Below, one piece after another: positions 1 through 8,778 of a stretch of 37,997 nt of DNA (within the stretch, counting starts at the first letter, position 1; each line of letters starts with the position of its first letter). The notes beneath the pieces were generated by a model, which saw only the letters and a list, made by a program, of their open reading frames with translations, ran no database searches and was not told the DNA's origin. Origin of the DNA: a virus (taxonomy: Duplodnaviria > Caudoviricetes); IMG/VR virus record IMGVR_UViG_3300017748_000027, positions 1 to 37,997 of that record; one strand, 5' to 3'. The position numbers were made by a program, and so were the translations under genes.

Positions 1-2
1 TT

Positions 3-62
3 ACAACAGCAAGTAGTATTAGTGCAGGAGCTATAAGAGCTTTAATAACAAAAATAGGATAA
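3..62 (+). CDS. 3' end of an upstream gene (partial), probably structural/tail-fibre related
   Basis: Frame 3 reads TTASSISAGAIRALITKIG* to TAA at 60-62, just before the next gene's leader. Confidence 0.55.
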   Translation, partial: TTASSISAGAIRALITKIG

Positions 63-71
63 TCAAATTAA

Positions 72-368
72 ATGGCAATAATATTTAAAGATGCTATAAA
101 CGTAACAGGGAACAGTACATTCACTTCGAGTGTAACTGTTTCCGCAACGTTAACAGCTGATACCGTAGTAGCAAGTAGCCAGCTCACCGCTGAAGGCGAT
201 GTAGACTTTAATAACGCAAGCATTGAAGGACTAAGTGCTACTGATGTTAATCTTGGTGGTGGTATAAGCGGAGTTAAATATTATTATGCACCAGGATCAA
301 GTTCTGGAAGTTTTGTACAAAAAGCTGTGACCTTAAGTAATGGTATAGTTACGAACTGGGCCACTTAA
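72..368 (+). CDS. Small S/T/G-rich virion (tail fibre/spike-like) protein
   Basis: 98 aa, beta-strand-like S/T/V/G composition; ATCAA-ATTAA-ATG leader; fibre-gene context. Confidence 0.5.
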   Translation: MAIIFKDAINVTGNSTFTSSVTVSATLTADTVVASSQLTAEGDVDFNNASIEGLSATDVNLGGGISGVKYYYAPGSSSGSFVQKAVTLSNGIVTNWAT

Positions 369-385
369 CAATTAAATTTAATAAT

Positions 386-724
386 ATGAAATATAGAGAT
401 AAACAAAGGTTTTTAGAAAAAGAAGATTTAGAAAAAGTAAAAGTACTTCAAGTTAGATTAAAAGAAGTTACTCAAACAGTGGCTGCTGTAACTGTAGCCT
501 ATGAAAGACAAAAGCAAGAGCTATTAAAAATGTTTGATGAAGAAGCTAACTTAAAAAAGTTTCTTGAGAAAAAGTATGGTGATGTTAGTATAGATGTTAG
601 TAACGGATCTATTAAAGCAAATAATGTGCATGATCACCCAGAGGTAGATATGCATGACCCAAGCAAAGGACTAGACTCAGGATCTGGTAGTGGTTCAGGA
701 GAAGGTACAAACTGGGGAGGATGA
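386..724 (+). CDS. Small coiled-coil protein with KKYG-x3-ID-x3-G motif and GS-rich tail (possible fibre chaperone)
   Basis: 112 aa; LEKKYGDVSIDVSNG resembles LQKKYGNIDIDLKTG of ORF 13468; ATGA overlap with next gene. Confidence 0.6.
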   Translation: MKYRDKQRFLEKEDLEKVKVLQVRLKEVTQTVAAVTVAYERQKQELLKMFDEEANLKKFLEKKYGDVSIDVSNGSIKANNVHDHPEVDMHDPSKGLDSGSGSGSGEGTNWGG

Positions 725-1377
725 TACCTAAAATAATTCACCAGCTTTGGATAGGTCCAGATCCTATGCCTCAGCACTGTGTAGAGTTCTGTAAAGAAAT
801 GAAAGAAATGAATCCAGAGTTTGAACATAAACTTTGGGGTAATGAAGTATTACAAGAATTTAAAGAAGATAAATATTTATATTCTTACTTAGAATTAAAC
901 TCAGGTATACCTATAGCTTTTATTTGTGATAGAATAAGACTATTGCTTTTAAAGAAATACGGAGGTATATACTTAGATGTTGATTGTAAACCTATAAAAC
1001 CTTTTAGCTTTATATTTAACAAGCTAAATGACCAGCATTGTTTTTTTGCTGGAATGAAGAGAACTCAAAATCATCATACATTAATAGACTGTGCTATATA
1101 CGGAGCTACAGTAAACAGTAGAGTTATAGACGATTGCTTAAGCACATACGAAGATTTAAATTTTGCAAATGGAGGACATTTGTTTAATAATAAGATAATA
1201 GAAACTATGGAGCCAGACATAGCATTATTTGGCTATGAATATTTTTATAACTGGGAAGTAACAGATAAAACAGTTTTATTACACGATATAGCTGATACTA
1301 GATTATTTAGTTGGGTCCCTGAAGACAAACTACCGCCTGAACGTAGAAACAAAAGAAATAATAAAATTGTAGAATAA
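721..1377 (+). CDS. Glycosyltransferase, GT32/OCH1-like (DXD sugar-binding family)
   Basis: N-terminal MIPKIIHQLW and DRIRLLLLKKYGGIYLDVD with the DXD motif are hallmark GT32 motifs. Confidence 0.9.
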   Translation: MIPKIIHQLWIGPDPMPQHCVEFCKEMKEMNPEFEHKLWGNEVLQEFKEDKYLYSYLELNSGIPIAFICDRIRLLLLKKYGGIYLDVDCKPIKPFSFIFNKLNDQHCFFAGMKRTQNHHTLIDCAIYGATVNSRVIDDCLSTYEDLNFANGGHLFNNKIIETMEPDIALFGYEYFYNWEVTDKTVLLHDIADTRLFSWVPEDKLPPERRNKRNNKIVE

Positions 1378-2484
1378 ATGCCTTTATTTCAAACATATCC
1401 TTTAAAAAACTCATATAGTGGTAATGACATTTTAGTTATAACAGACACTGATATAGATCCTAACACAAGTAAACCTATAGATGAAACTAAATCACTTAGA
1501 TTATCTACATTGATAAATGCTGCTAGTGGAGGCTTAACTTTGACTACTACAGGAACTTCAGGTGCTGCTACATTTAATACTAATACAAAAGTATTAAACA
1601 TACCTATTTATGCAGCTGATACTAATACTACTTACGATTTAAATGTTCCAACAGCTGGTACATTAAGATTAACAGGAAGCGACGGAACTACTGATAACGT
1701 AACATTTTCTGGTACTGGTGGTATATCAATAACTGCTTTAGCCGCTAATAACATTGCTATAGATGGATCAGGTATATCAGGTGGCGTTACTCAAGTAACA
1801 GCTGCTTCACCAGCTGCTTCAACAGGCGCTCCATTAGTAGTTAATCCTACAACTGGAAATGTAACTGTTCAATCAAAAGCTTATGCTGGTGGAAGTAATA
1901 TAGGTCATGTACCAGCAGGAGGTAGTTCTAATACATTTTTAAGAGGTGATGGTAATTTTTCAACAGTAGTTACAGCAACACCTGCTTTTACTCCGCTAAC
2001 ACATATGATGGCGACTACTTCAGTTGCTATAAGTACTGCTGCTTGTTATAAAGTAAAAGCACTAAGTACTGTTAAGATGTCTCCTACTAAAATTAAATTA
2101 TTTTTTCCATCAGCTGCAGGAGAGAATATTAGTATCGCTGTATATACAAGCCCTGCCTCTAGCACCGTCATGATTGATGCCACTTTATATGCTAGTTTAA
2201 TTAACCAAAATGTTGGAAGTAGTGCTGGAGAACAATCGTTTACATTAACACAAGAATCAGGAGTAGGAGATATTGAAGTAGGAGATGGAATAGTTTTTGT
2301 TTTATCTATAAAAGGCCAAGGTGCTGGTGACACTATATTGGGTGGAACAGGTGTATCAGATGCTGGATTAGCAGTATTGTCTAGTTCACAAGCTTATCAA
2401 TCAAGCAGTTTTCCAGCAAATGTTAGTGGTTTAGCAACTGGATTTTCAGCAACATCAAGAAGAATATCTTATTTCCTTTTTTAA
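1378..2484 (+). CDS. Tail fibre/spike-like structural protein
   Basis: 368 aa, rich in T/G/S/A; FLRGDG fibre-type motif; beta-rich C-terminal domain. Confidence 0.65.
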   Translation: MPLFQTYPLKNSYSGNDILVITDTDIDPNTSKPIDETKSLRLSTLINAASGGLTLTTTGTSGAATFNTNTKVLNIPIYAADTNTTYDLNVPTAGTLRLTGSDGTTDNVTFSGTGGISITALAANNIAIDGSGISGGVTQVTAASPAASTGAPLVVNPTTGNVTVQSKAYAGGSNIGHVPAGGSSNTFLRGDGNFSTVVTATPAFTPLTHMMATTSVAISTAACYKVKALSTVKMSPTKIKLFFPSAAGENISIAVYTSPASSTVMIDATLYASLINQNVGSSAGEQSFTLTQESGVGDIEVGDGIVFVLSIKGQGAGDTILGGTGVSDAGLAVLSSSQAYQSSSFPANVSGLATGFSATSRRISYFLF

Positions 2485-2500
2485 AATATTAAATAACCGA

Positions 2501-2516
2501 ACTATCAAGTGATAGT
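2501..2516. promoter_or_regulatory. Operator-like inverted repeat upstream of the chaperonin operon
   Basis: ACTATCA-AG-TGATAGT, perfect 7-bp arms, flanked by AATAACC direct repeats at 2492-2498 and 2521-2527, in an intergenic gap. Confidence 0.45.
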
Positions 2517-2551
2517 ATATAATAACCAACGTTTAACTAAAACCAAATACA

Positions 2552-2842
2552 ATGACGTTTTTATATACCCGCACCAATACGTGGTCTAGTGCACCACAAC
2601 CAACAGAAGAAACCATTAAGTACTGGAAACATATCTCACAGAAGAAAAACTGGAGAATAGTACAATTGCCTAATGGATTTTTACAAACCGAATATAAATC
2701 TATCGACTCAGACGACTGGATCGATGTTACCAGAAGAGAAACAATAGCTGGAGCAGAGCAAGCAATAGATGCTTCTATTGAGCACTATGCTAAAAAGCTA
2801 GAGTTTACCAAAGGACCGAAAGTAGTTAAAACCTTCGAGTAA
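2552..2842 (+). CDS. Hypothetical protein, first gene of the groEL operon
   Basis: 96-aa ORF with A-rich leader; many C-ending codons; no recognisable motif. Confidence 0.8.
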   Translation: MTFLYTRTNTWSSAPQPTEETIKYWKHISQKKNWRIVQLPNGFLQTEYKSIDSDDWIDVTRRETIAGAEQAIDASIEHYAKKLEFTKGPKVVKTFE

Positions 2843-2875
2843 AGTATTCATAACAATTATATTAAATTAAATTAA

Positions 2876-4423
2876 ATGCAAGAATTAAAGTTAGTTAAAA
2901 ACCTGGCTTTTGGCGATTATGCTAGAAGTCAGGTATTAACAGGTGTTGAAAAACTTACTAATGCAGTAGGTTCAACCCTGGGTGCCAGTGGTAAATGTGT
3001 TATATTAGAAGATGGCAATGGCGTACCACAAATTACAAAAGATGGAGTAAGCGTAGCTAATGCTATTACTCTGCAAGATCCTATTGAAAATATTGGAGCA
3101 ACATTAATAAAGCAAGCAGCTCAAAGAACTGTGTCAGATGCTGGTGATGGAACAACTACAGCTACAGTTTTAGCTAAAGCTATATTAGATGAGGCTCAAT
3201 CACACTCTTTATTAGATGATGAAAGAGGCATGAAAGACGGTATTAATAAAGCAGTTACTAAAGTTTTAGAATATATAACTAAAAATTCTAAAAAAGTAAC
3301 TGGTAAAAAAATTAATCAAGTAGCTACTATATCTGCTAACAATGACAAGAAGCTTGGTGATATTATAGGTAAAGCCTTTAAAATGGTTGACGAAACAGGT
3401 ATTGTTATGATGGAAACAAATGAACAGCCTGAAACTGTAGTAGAGTTAATAGAAGGAGTACAGTATGATCAAGCCTTAAAAAATAACCATTTTATTACTA
3501 ATAAAGAAAAAGGAACTGCTGAGTTAGATAATCCACTAGTGCTCGTTGTTGAATCACAAATAACCAACATAAGAAAAATTCAGTCTATTCTTGAGTACGT
3601 AATTAAAAATGGTAAAAGCTTACTTATTATAGCAGACGCTGATCCTCAAGTAGTATCTGCCTTAGCTATGAATAAAATGAAAGGTAATATTAAAGTCAAT
3701 GTAATAGACGCACCGGTATATGGAATAAGCAAAAAAGACATATTAGAAGATTTATGCTCAGTTACTGGAGCTAAACTTATTAATGAAGACTTAGGAGACG
3801 ATATGGATCTTATACAACCTGAATTTTTAGGTTCTTGTATTAAGTCAGTCACTAATCATGAAGAAACTATATTAAGGGTAGATTTATCTGATAAGCCTAA
3901 AGTTAAAGAAACTATAGACTTACTAGAAGATCAAATTAAAAATACTAAAAACCCTAACATAATAATTAGATTAGAAAAGAGATTAGCTAAATTAAATGCT
4001 AAAGTAGCTACAGTAAAAGTAGGTGCTAACTCTGAAGTTGAATTAAAAGAAAAAAGAGATAGAGTAGAAGATGCTATTTGTGCTACAAAAGCCGCTATTA
4101 AACAAGGCATAGTGCCTGGTGGTGGGATTGCTTTACTAAACGCTAGCACGCATTTAAAACCAGATTCAATAGGTGAAGAAGTATTATATCAAGCAATACG
4201 TAAACCTTATGAACTTATATTAAAAAATGCAGGCGTAAAAGAATATGTTGATCCAGATGAACAAGGTAGAGGACTAGACGTGGTTACAGGAAAAACGGTA
4301 GATATGGTAAAAGCCGGAATTATTGATCCTTTACTGGTTACTAAAAGTGCTTTAATTAATGCGGCTTCAGTAGCAACAACTATATTATCAACTGATTGTG
4401 TAATTAATAATATAAGAGCATGA
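2876..4423 (+). CDS. groEL: Phage-encoded chaperonin GroEL (Cpn60)
   Basis: 515 aa; ITKDGVSVA, ATP-binding AGDGTTTATVLA, GIVPGGG, GIIDP; no C-terminal GGM repeats. Confidence 0.97.
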   Translation: MQELKLVKNLAFGDYARSQVLTGVEKLTNAVGSTLGASGKCVILEDGNGVPQITKDGVSVANAITLQDPIENIGATLIKQAAQRTVSDAGDGTTTATVLAKAILDEAQSHSLLDDERGMKDGINKAVTKVLEYITKNSKKVTGKKINQVATISANNDKKLGDIIGKAFKMVDETGIVMMETNEQPETVVELIEGVQYDQALKNNHFITNKEKGTAELDNPLVLVVESQITNIRKIQSILEYVIKNGKSLLIIADADPQVVSALAMNKMKGNIKVNVIDAPVYGISKKDILEDLCSVTGAKLINEDLGDDMDLIQPEFLGSCIKSVTNHEETILRVDLSDKPKVKETIDLLEDQIKNTKNPNIIIRLEKRLAKLNAKVATVKVGANSEVELKEKRDRVEDAICATKAAIKQGIVPGGGIALLNASTHLKPDSIGEEVLYQAIRKPYELILKNAGVKEYVDPDEQGRGLDVVTGKTVDMVKAGIIDPLLVTKSALINAASVATTILSTDCVINNIRA

Positions 4424-4680
4424 AAGCAGTAGGTAAATATATAGTTATAGAGCAGATAAAAGAAGTTGACGTTAAAACTAAAGGTGGTTTAATCTTAGCT
4501 GAAAAGCAAAGAGAAGACGTTAGATACAGAAGAGCTAAGGTTATTAAACCAGGCTCTGATGTAGATGTATTAAAAATAGGTGATGAAATTTATTATGATA
4601 AAGCATCTGGATTTAATATTGAAATAAATAAAGAACAATATAAAGTTATCAAAGAATTAGACGTTGTAGTTATACTATGA
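4420..4680 (+). CDS. groES: Co-chaperonin GroES (Cpn10)
   Basis: 86 aa; mobile-loop-like KTKGGLIL, LKIGDEIYY; ATGA-coupled to groEL. Confidence 0.9.
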   Translation: MKAVGKYIVIEQIKEVDVKTKGGLILAEKQREDVRYRRAKVIKPGSDVDVLKIGDEIYYDKASGFNIEINKEQYKVIKELDVVVIL

Positions 4681-5105
4681 GAAAGTTAACTTCTTCGGAC
4701 TTAAAAGATCTTAAACTTTTAAAACATTACAGAATAATACGTAAATGGGCGTGTAAAACATGTAATCTTAAAGATGCGGACCTTGAGTTATTAATATATC
4801 TTGATGCTATTGAATTCTTTACAAAAGATGATTTTAAAAAAGGTACGTACTCTTATAGCTGGGACAACAGGCGCTGGAACAAATTATTGAAACAAGGGTG
4901 GATTATAGTGTGGAGAGAAAGAAATCGCACAACCCAAAAATATCATATATATAAAGTTTCGTATAAGTGCAAACAGTTAATAAGTAGAATGTATCGTATT
5001 ATGCTAGGTGAAGAGAATATGCCTACTAAAGTATTAGATAAAAATAATAAGTATAGTTATAAGGTTACGGCCGCTGCTATAAGATATGCAAACAAAGATA
5101 AATAA
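4677..5105 (+). CDS. Basic hypothetical protein, possibly winged-helix DNA-binding
   Basis: 142 aa; DLELLIYL...WNKLLKQGWI...YKVSYKCK pattern resembles a MarR-type wHTH; ATGA-coupled to groES. Confidence 0.5.
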   Translation: MRKLTSSDLKDLKLLKHYRIIRKWACKTCNLKDADLELLIYLDAIEFFTKDDFKKGTYSYSWDNRRWNKLLKQGWIIVWRERNRTTQKYHIYKVSYKCKQLISRMYRIMLGEENMPTKVLDKNNKYSYKVTAAAIRYANKDK

Positions 5106-5110
5106 AAATA

Positions 5111-5782
5111 ATGGGAGTACCAGGAAAAACAAGAGGCCATTCTATAGATATAGTTCTAGGTGGTAGTAGAAAAAACAGAGGAGTAAATCCTAATAGTAGC
5201 ATGGCTAACTTTACTGAAGCGTTAGTAAAAGAAGCTAAAGATCCTGAAACAGAAATGAATGATGGATTTAAAAAAGCAGTTTTAGATTCTCAAACAGCTG
5301 CTAATAGAGCAGGAACACCAACTCGAATGATGAACATGAATATGATGAATCAAAACGACATGAACATGCCTTTTCAGAATAATGCTATTTTTAATGCACA
5401 AGGAATGAAAGGTGTACCAGATCAAGGTTTACAAAATCCAAATATACCAGGAACATTACCAGGAAGTGGTAATATACCAGGAAATCAACAAGTACTTAAT
5501 CCAGTTGGAAGAATGGAAAATCCAATTGCAAGAACTGAAGGTGAAAAGCCATTTGTTCCTACAGGAACTGTATTGCCAGAATTAAATGTTGATTATAACA
5601 GAGGTGGTAGTGGTTATGCGTATAACACCGCTACAGGAGAAGAAAGAAAAGCTACAGCAGAAGAGCTAGAACAACAAAAAATAGATAATCAAAGTACAGG
5701 ATCAGGTAGAGTAACTGCTTCTTACGTAAATAAAGATGGTGAAAAAGTAGACTTAGGAAACACACTTTATGCTTCATTTTAA
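5111..5782 (+). CDS. Low-complexity hypothetical protein (M/N/P/G-rich)
   Basis: 223-aa ORF with MMNMNMMN run and repeated NIPG. Confidence 0.7.
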   Translation: MGVPGKTRGHSIDIVLGGSRKNRGVNPNSSMANFTEALVKEAKDPETEMNDGFKKAVLDSQTAANRAGTPTRMMNMNMMNQNDMNMPFQNNAIFNAQGMKGVPDQGLQNPNIPGTLPGSGNIPGNQQVLNPVGRMENPIARTEGEKPFVPTGTVLPELNVDYNRGGSGYAYNTATGEERKATAEELEQQKIDNQSTGSGRVTASYVNKDGEKVDLGNTLYASF

Positions 5783-5792
5783 AATATAAAAA

Positions 5793-5933
5793 ATGTCAGG
5801 AAAAAATATAAGCCCAAAACAAAAACCATTAGGCGAAAGAAAAATGGTTTCTAGAAACGAAACAATTAAAACAAGTTTAAAAATTGATAATTGTGAGTAC
5901 AAAGGAAACGCAGTTTTAAACGCTAATAAATGA
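5793..5933 (+). CDS. Small basic protein, 46 aa (not in ORF track)
   Basis: MSGKNISPKQKPLGERKMVSRNETIKTSLKIDNCEYKGNAVLNANK*; A-rich leader; ATGA overlap with next ORF; fills the gap. Confidence 0.7.
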   Translation: MSGKNISPKQKPLGERKMVSRNETIKTSLKIDNCEYKGNAVLNANK

Positions 5934-6088
5934 ATACATTAGACGATTTAAAGCTGTATTGTTTAAACATAACATCAGCTACGGTTGTTAGTCTAGGATG
6001 GCTAGAACCTGTATTGTCTATACTATTGTTGCTAACAACATTAGGCTATACCGCTCATAAGTGGTATTTGTTAAAAAATAAAAAATAA
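5930..6088 (+). CDS. Small membrane protein, putative holin, 52 aa (not in ORF track)
   Basis: MNTLDDLKLYCLNITSATVVSLGWLEPVLSILLLLTTLGYTAHKWYLLKNKK*; hydrophobic segments with basic C-terminus; ATGA and TAATG couplings; upstream of the amidase. Confidence 0.65.
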   Translation: MNTLDDLKLYCLNITSATVVSLGWLEPVLSILLLLTTLGYTAHKWYLLKNKK

Positions 6089-6777
6089 TGCATCACGATA
6101 CTTTTATTCCTAAACCACCAAAAACAGGCAATAAATATATAGATGCTATTTTAGGTCTTGCTACTAACTTTGTACCAGGCCAAGCAGAGCTAGGTTTATA
6201 TAACTCTGCAAAAGATGCATATAGTGATTATCAAAAAGGAGATTATAAAAGTTTAGGAAAAAAAGCTGCCACGGAACTTGCGTTAAATCTTGTGCCTTAT
6301 GGAGTTGGTAAGGCAGCTAAACCTGTGATAAAAGCTGTAAAAAAACGTGTAAAAAATATTAATCCTAACCAAATATTAGATGGTATAGGTCCAAGAGCTT
6401 TAAAAAACGACGGCACACTCAAAAGAGGTGTTAATGAGGCTGGCTTTGAAGATTTTAAAAAGACTGGTATTGTTAGATCAAAGCAGGGTGGAGTAAGTAA
6501 CCCAGTTGGAGGTAATGATGGTGGTGGAGGTTTTAATCTAGGCAAAGATTTTAGTAAAAACGATGCAACTTACGCTAGTCCAAAAATAGATGTAGCCAAA
6601 CAAAGCAGATATTATGGGCCAGGTGGAGCTATTTACGGTATAAAAAATCCAAACATTAAATTTAAAAAGAAATATCTACAAGATAGCTGGAGTATGGTTA
6701 CGACAGATAAAATAACAAAACCAGATGTTGATGTTTATTACAATCTCCCCCTTTTTGGTTTTAGAAAAATAAATTAA
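6088..6777 (+). CDS. Polymorphic-toxin-like protein (pre-toxin hairpin plus possible ADP-ribosyltransferase-fold domain)
   Basis: N-half FVPG...GDY...LALNLVPYGVGKAAK; C-half LKRGV...DFKKTG...YASP...VA...YYG...GAIYGI. Confidence 0.4.
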   Translation: MHHDTFIPKPPKTGNKYIDAILGLATNFVPGQAELGLYNSAKDAYSDYQKGDYKSLGKKAATELALNLVPYGVGKAAKPVIKAVKKRVKNINPNQILDGIGPRALKNDGTLKRGVNEAGFEDFKKTGIVRSKQGGVSNPVGGNDGGGGFNLGKDFSKNDATYASPKIDVAKQSRYYGPGGAIYGIKNPNIKFKKKYLQDSWSMVTTDKITKPDVDVYYNLPLFGFRKIN

Positions 6778-6781
6778 TACA

Positions 6782-7669
6782 ATGAAAAAATATAGCAAAC
6801 GAAGAGATGTTGACACTATGGTGCGCATGGTTAATAAATTAAAAAATCCAGCAGAAGAAACTGTAGCTAACTTAAGATCTATAGAACAAATGCAAGCTGA
6901 TAATGCTAAAAGTGGTGGATATATAGTTCCAGAAATTAGTTCTAATATCAGCGCATATGAACCTGATCAAGTTAAAGATGTTAAAAAGAAAGACAAGTCA
7001 TTAACTGATGAGCAAAGAACAACATTAGAAGGAGCTATAGAAACAGGTGATAAAAAAGCTATTAGAAAATCTGGAGCTGATGGTAAATACAAAAGAGCAG
7101 CTAAGCAAGATTTAAAAGCAAAACAAAAGCAAGATATAGATAAAGCTTCTGAGACTTTAAAGCTTACAGGAGAAACGACTAGATTAAATCCTACTGCTAA
7201 AAAAAATGATACCATAGTTGCTAGAATTTTTGGTAAAAGAAAAGCTAGAAAAGAAGAAGAAACTAGACAACAAGTAGCCGCAGCACTAGACAATAATTTA
7301 CAAGGAGTTAGCGTTTCTGGTGTAGAAGATCCAGAGCGAGATAGTGAAGGTTATTACATTGGGAAATATCCAGTGAGTGGTGAATTCCAAAGACAAAATC
7401 TTATATATGAAGATGAAAATCCTGAACTAACAGAATCTGACGAATCTGATATAGAATTTGGACGTGATGGTGAAGGAGGCTATGAAAAGTATGATGAGGA
7501 TTTAAAAATCAGCGATAGTGGATATGAATATATGGAAAAGACTATTAATCCAGATTTTAAAGTGGCAGCAAATGCATTGTTAGCTGAAAAAAGAGCAGCT
7601 GCTCTTAAAAACCTAGGTAGAGAAAAACCTATGTATACAGGATCTAGAGGACCAAGAAAAATTAGATGA
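6782..7669 (+). CDS. Highly charged hypothetical protein (possible internal virion protein)
   Basis: 295 aa; basic N-half, acidic C-half; ATGA overlap with amidase. Confidence 0.7.
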   Translation: MKKYSKRRDVDTMVRMVNKLKNPAEETVANLRSIEQMQADNAKSGGYIVPEISSNISAYEPDQVKDVKKKDKSLTDEQRTTLEGAIETGDKKAIRKSGADGKYKRAAKQDLKAKQKQDIDKASETLKLTGETTRLNPTAKKNDTIVARIFGKRKARKEEETRQQVAAALDNNLQGVSVSGVEDPERDSEGYYIGKYPVSGEFQRQNLIYEDENPELTESDESDIEFGRDGEGGYEKYDEDLKISDSGYEYMEKTINPDFKVAANALLAEKRAAALKNLGREKPMYTGSRGPRKIR

Positions 7670-8079
7670 GAAATATTAAAGAAATAATTATTCACTGTTC
7701 AGCTACAAGAGAAGGCCAAGATATAAGTGTAGACACAATAAGAAAGTGGCACGTTGAAGGTCGTGGCTGGTCAGACATAGGCTATCATTTTTACATTGAC
7801 ATAAATGGAAATATACAAAAAGGTAGAGATATAGCTAAAATCGGGGCTCATTGTTCAGGGCATAATCGTAATTCTATCGGTTTATGTTATTGTGGTGGCG
7901 TTGAGGAAGACGGTAAGACCCCGAAAGATACTAGAACACTAGAACAAAAAGAAGGTTTGCTACATGTGCTTAAAACATTAAGAGCAATGTACCCAGACGC
8001 TACTATTTATTCACACAATGAGTTTGCTAATAAAGCATGCCCATCATTTGACGCAACTAATGAGTACAAAAATCTCTGA
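7666..8079 (+). CDS. Endolysin, N-acetylmuramoyl-L-alanine amidase (Amidase_2, T7 lysozyme-like)
   Basis: IIIHCSAT, DIGYHF, GAHC.GHN..SIGLCYCGG, H...KACPSF zinc-ligand motifs. Confidence 0.95.
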   Translation: MRNIKEIIIHCSATREGQDISVDTIRKWHVEGRGWSDIGYHFYIDINGNIQKGRDIAKIGAHCSGHNRNSIGLCYCGGVEEDGKTPKDTRTLEQKEGLLHVLKTLRAMYPDATIYSHNEFANKACPSFDATNEYKNL

Positions 8080-8473
8080 GAACACTAATATACAACTTGA
8101 CTTAAAAACTGTAGTAGCAATAATAATGGTTACAGCCTCTTTCGTAGGTATGTATTACACATTGCAAGCAGATATTGAAGAAGCTAGAAAACTACCGCCT
8201 ATAGAAGTTACTCGCCTAGAGTACGAGCTAAAAGAAACGTGGAACGAGAAGATGATAATACAGTTAAAAGATCAAGTAGATATGCTTGAACAAACTCAAG
8301 ATATATTAAAACAAGAAATTAGTATAACTGCTAGTATGATTAAAGACGGTACAGAAGCTGATGGTAAATTAGAAGAGCTTAACAGGCAGCTAGAAGAATT
8401 ACAAAATAAAAAACCTAGTACTAGAGTTATAGTTAAAGAAGTTAAGGTCGATAAAAAAGGAAGAAAATTATAA
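8060..8473 (+). CDS. Single-pass membrane coiled-coil protein, candidate inner-membrane spanin
   Basis: Likely start ATG 8060 (MSTKISEN) rather than 8018; TM segment VVAIIMVTASFVGMYYTL then coiled coil; overlaps endolysin end. Confidence 0.55.
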   Translation: MSTKISENTNIQLDLKTVVAIIMVTASFVGMYYTLQADIEEARKLPPIEVTRLEYELKETWNEKMIIQLKDQVDMLEQTQDILKQEISITASMIKDGTEADGKLEELNRQLEELQNKKPSTRVIVKEVKVDKKGRKL

Positions 8474-8476
8474 GTC

Positions 8477-8776
8477 ATGACCAGGAAGAATAAAGAAAAA
8501 AAAGTTAAACATAAGAAGCTAAAAGAAGTAGTACAACAACTTAAAGGAGCTGTAGTAGCTCATGGTAAACAAGCAGATATTGTCGAAGAGCATATAGAAG
8601 ATATGGAAGGTGGTAGCATGGCTACTAAAATTAAAAGAACTAAAATATCTGGTCCTTGTAAAGCCGCTGCTAAAAAGAAATTTAAAGTATGGCCTAGCGC
8701 TTATGCCAGTGGCTGGGGTGTAAGATGCACTAGAGCTGGAGGGCCTAGCAAGATGGGAAGATCAAAGAAAAAATAA
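8477..8776 (+). CDS. Small Lys-rich protein with CK..AK.KFKVWPSAYASG motif
   Basis: 99 aa; two apparent modules joined at GSMATK; motif recalled from small marine-phage proteins. Confidence 0.75.
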   Translation: MTRKNKEKKVKHKKLKEVVQQLKGAVVAHGKQADIVEEHIEDMEGGSMATKIKRTKISGPCKAAAKKKFKVWPSAYASGWGVRCTRAGGPSKMGRSKKK

Positions 8777-8778
8777 CA

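Noticed and set aside
2501-2516. Resemblance to the tet operator (CTATCA.TGATAG)
   Set aside because: Spacer length differs and there is no tetR or resistance context; kept only as a generic palindrome
5326-5482. Short repeats ATGATGAA and AATATACCAGGA
   Set aside because: Explained by low-complexity peptide repeats (MMNMNMMN, NIPG); not a CRISPR or DGR structure
8018-8059. Upstream start of the spanin-like ORF
   Set aside because: Long overlap with the amidase active-site codons; ATG 8060 gives a more plausible start
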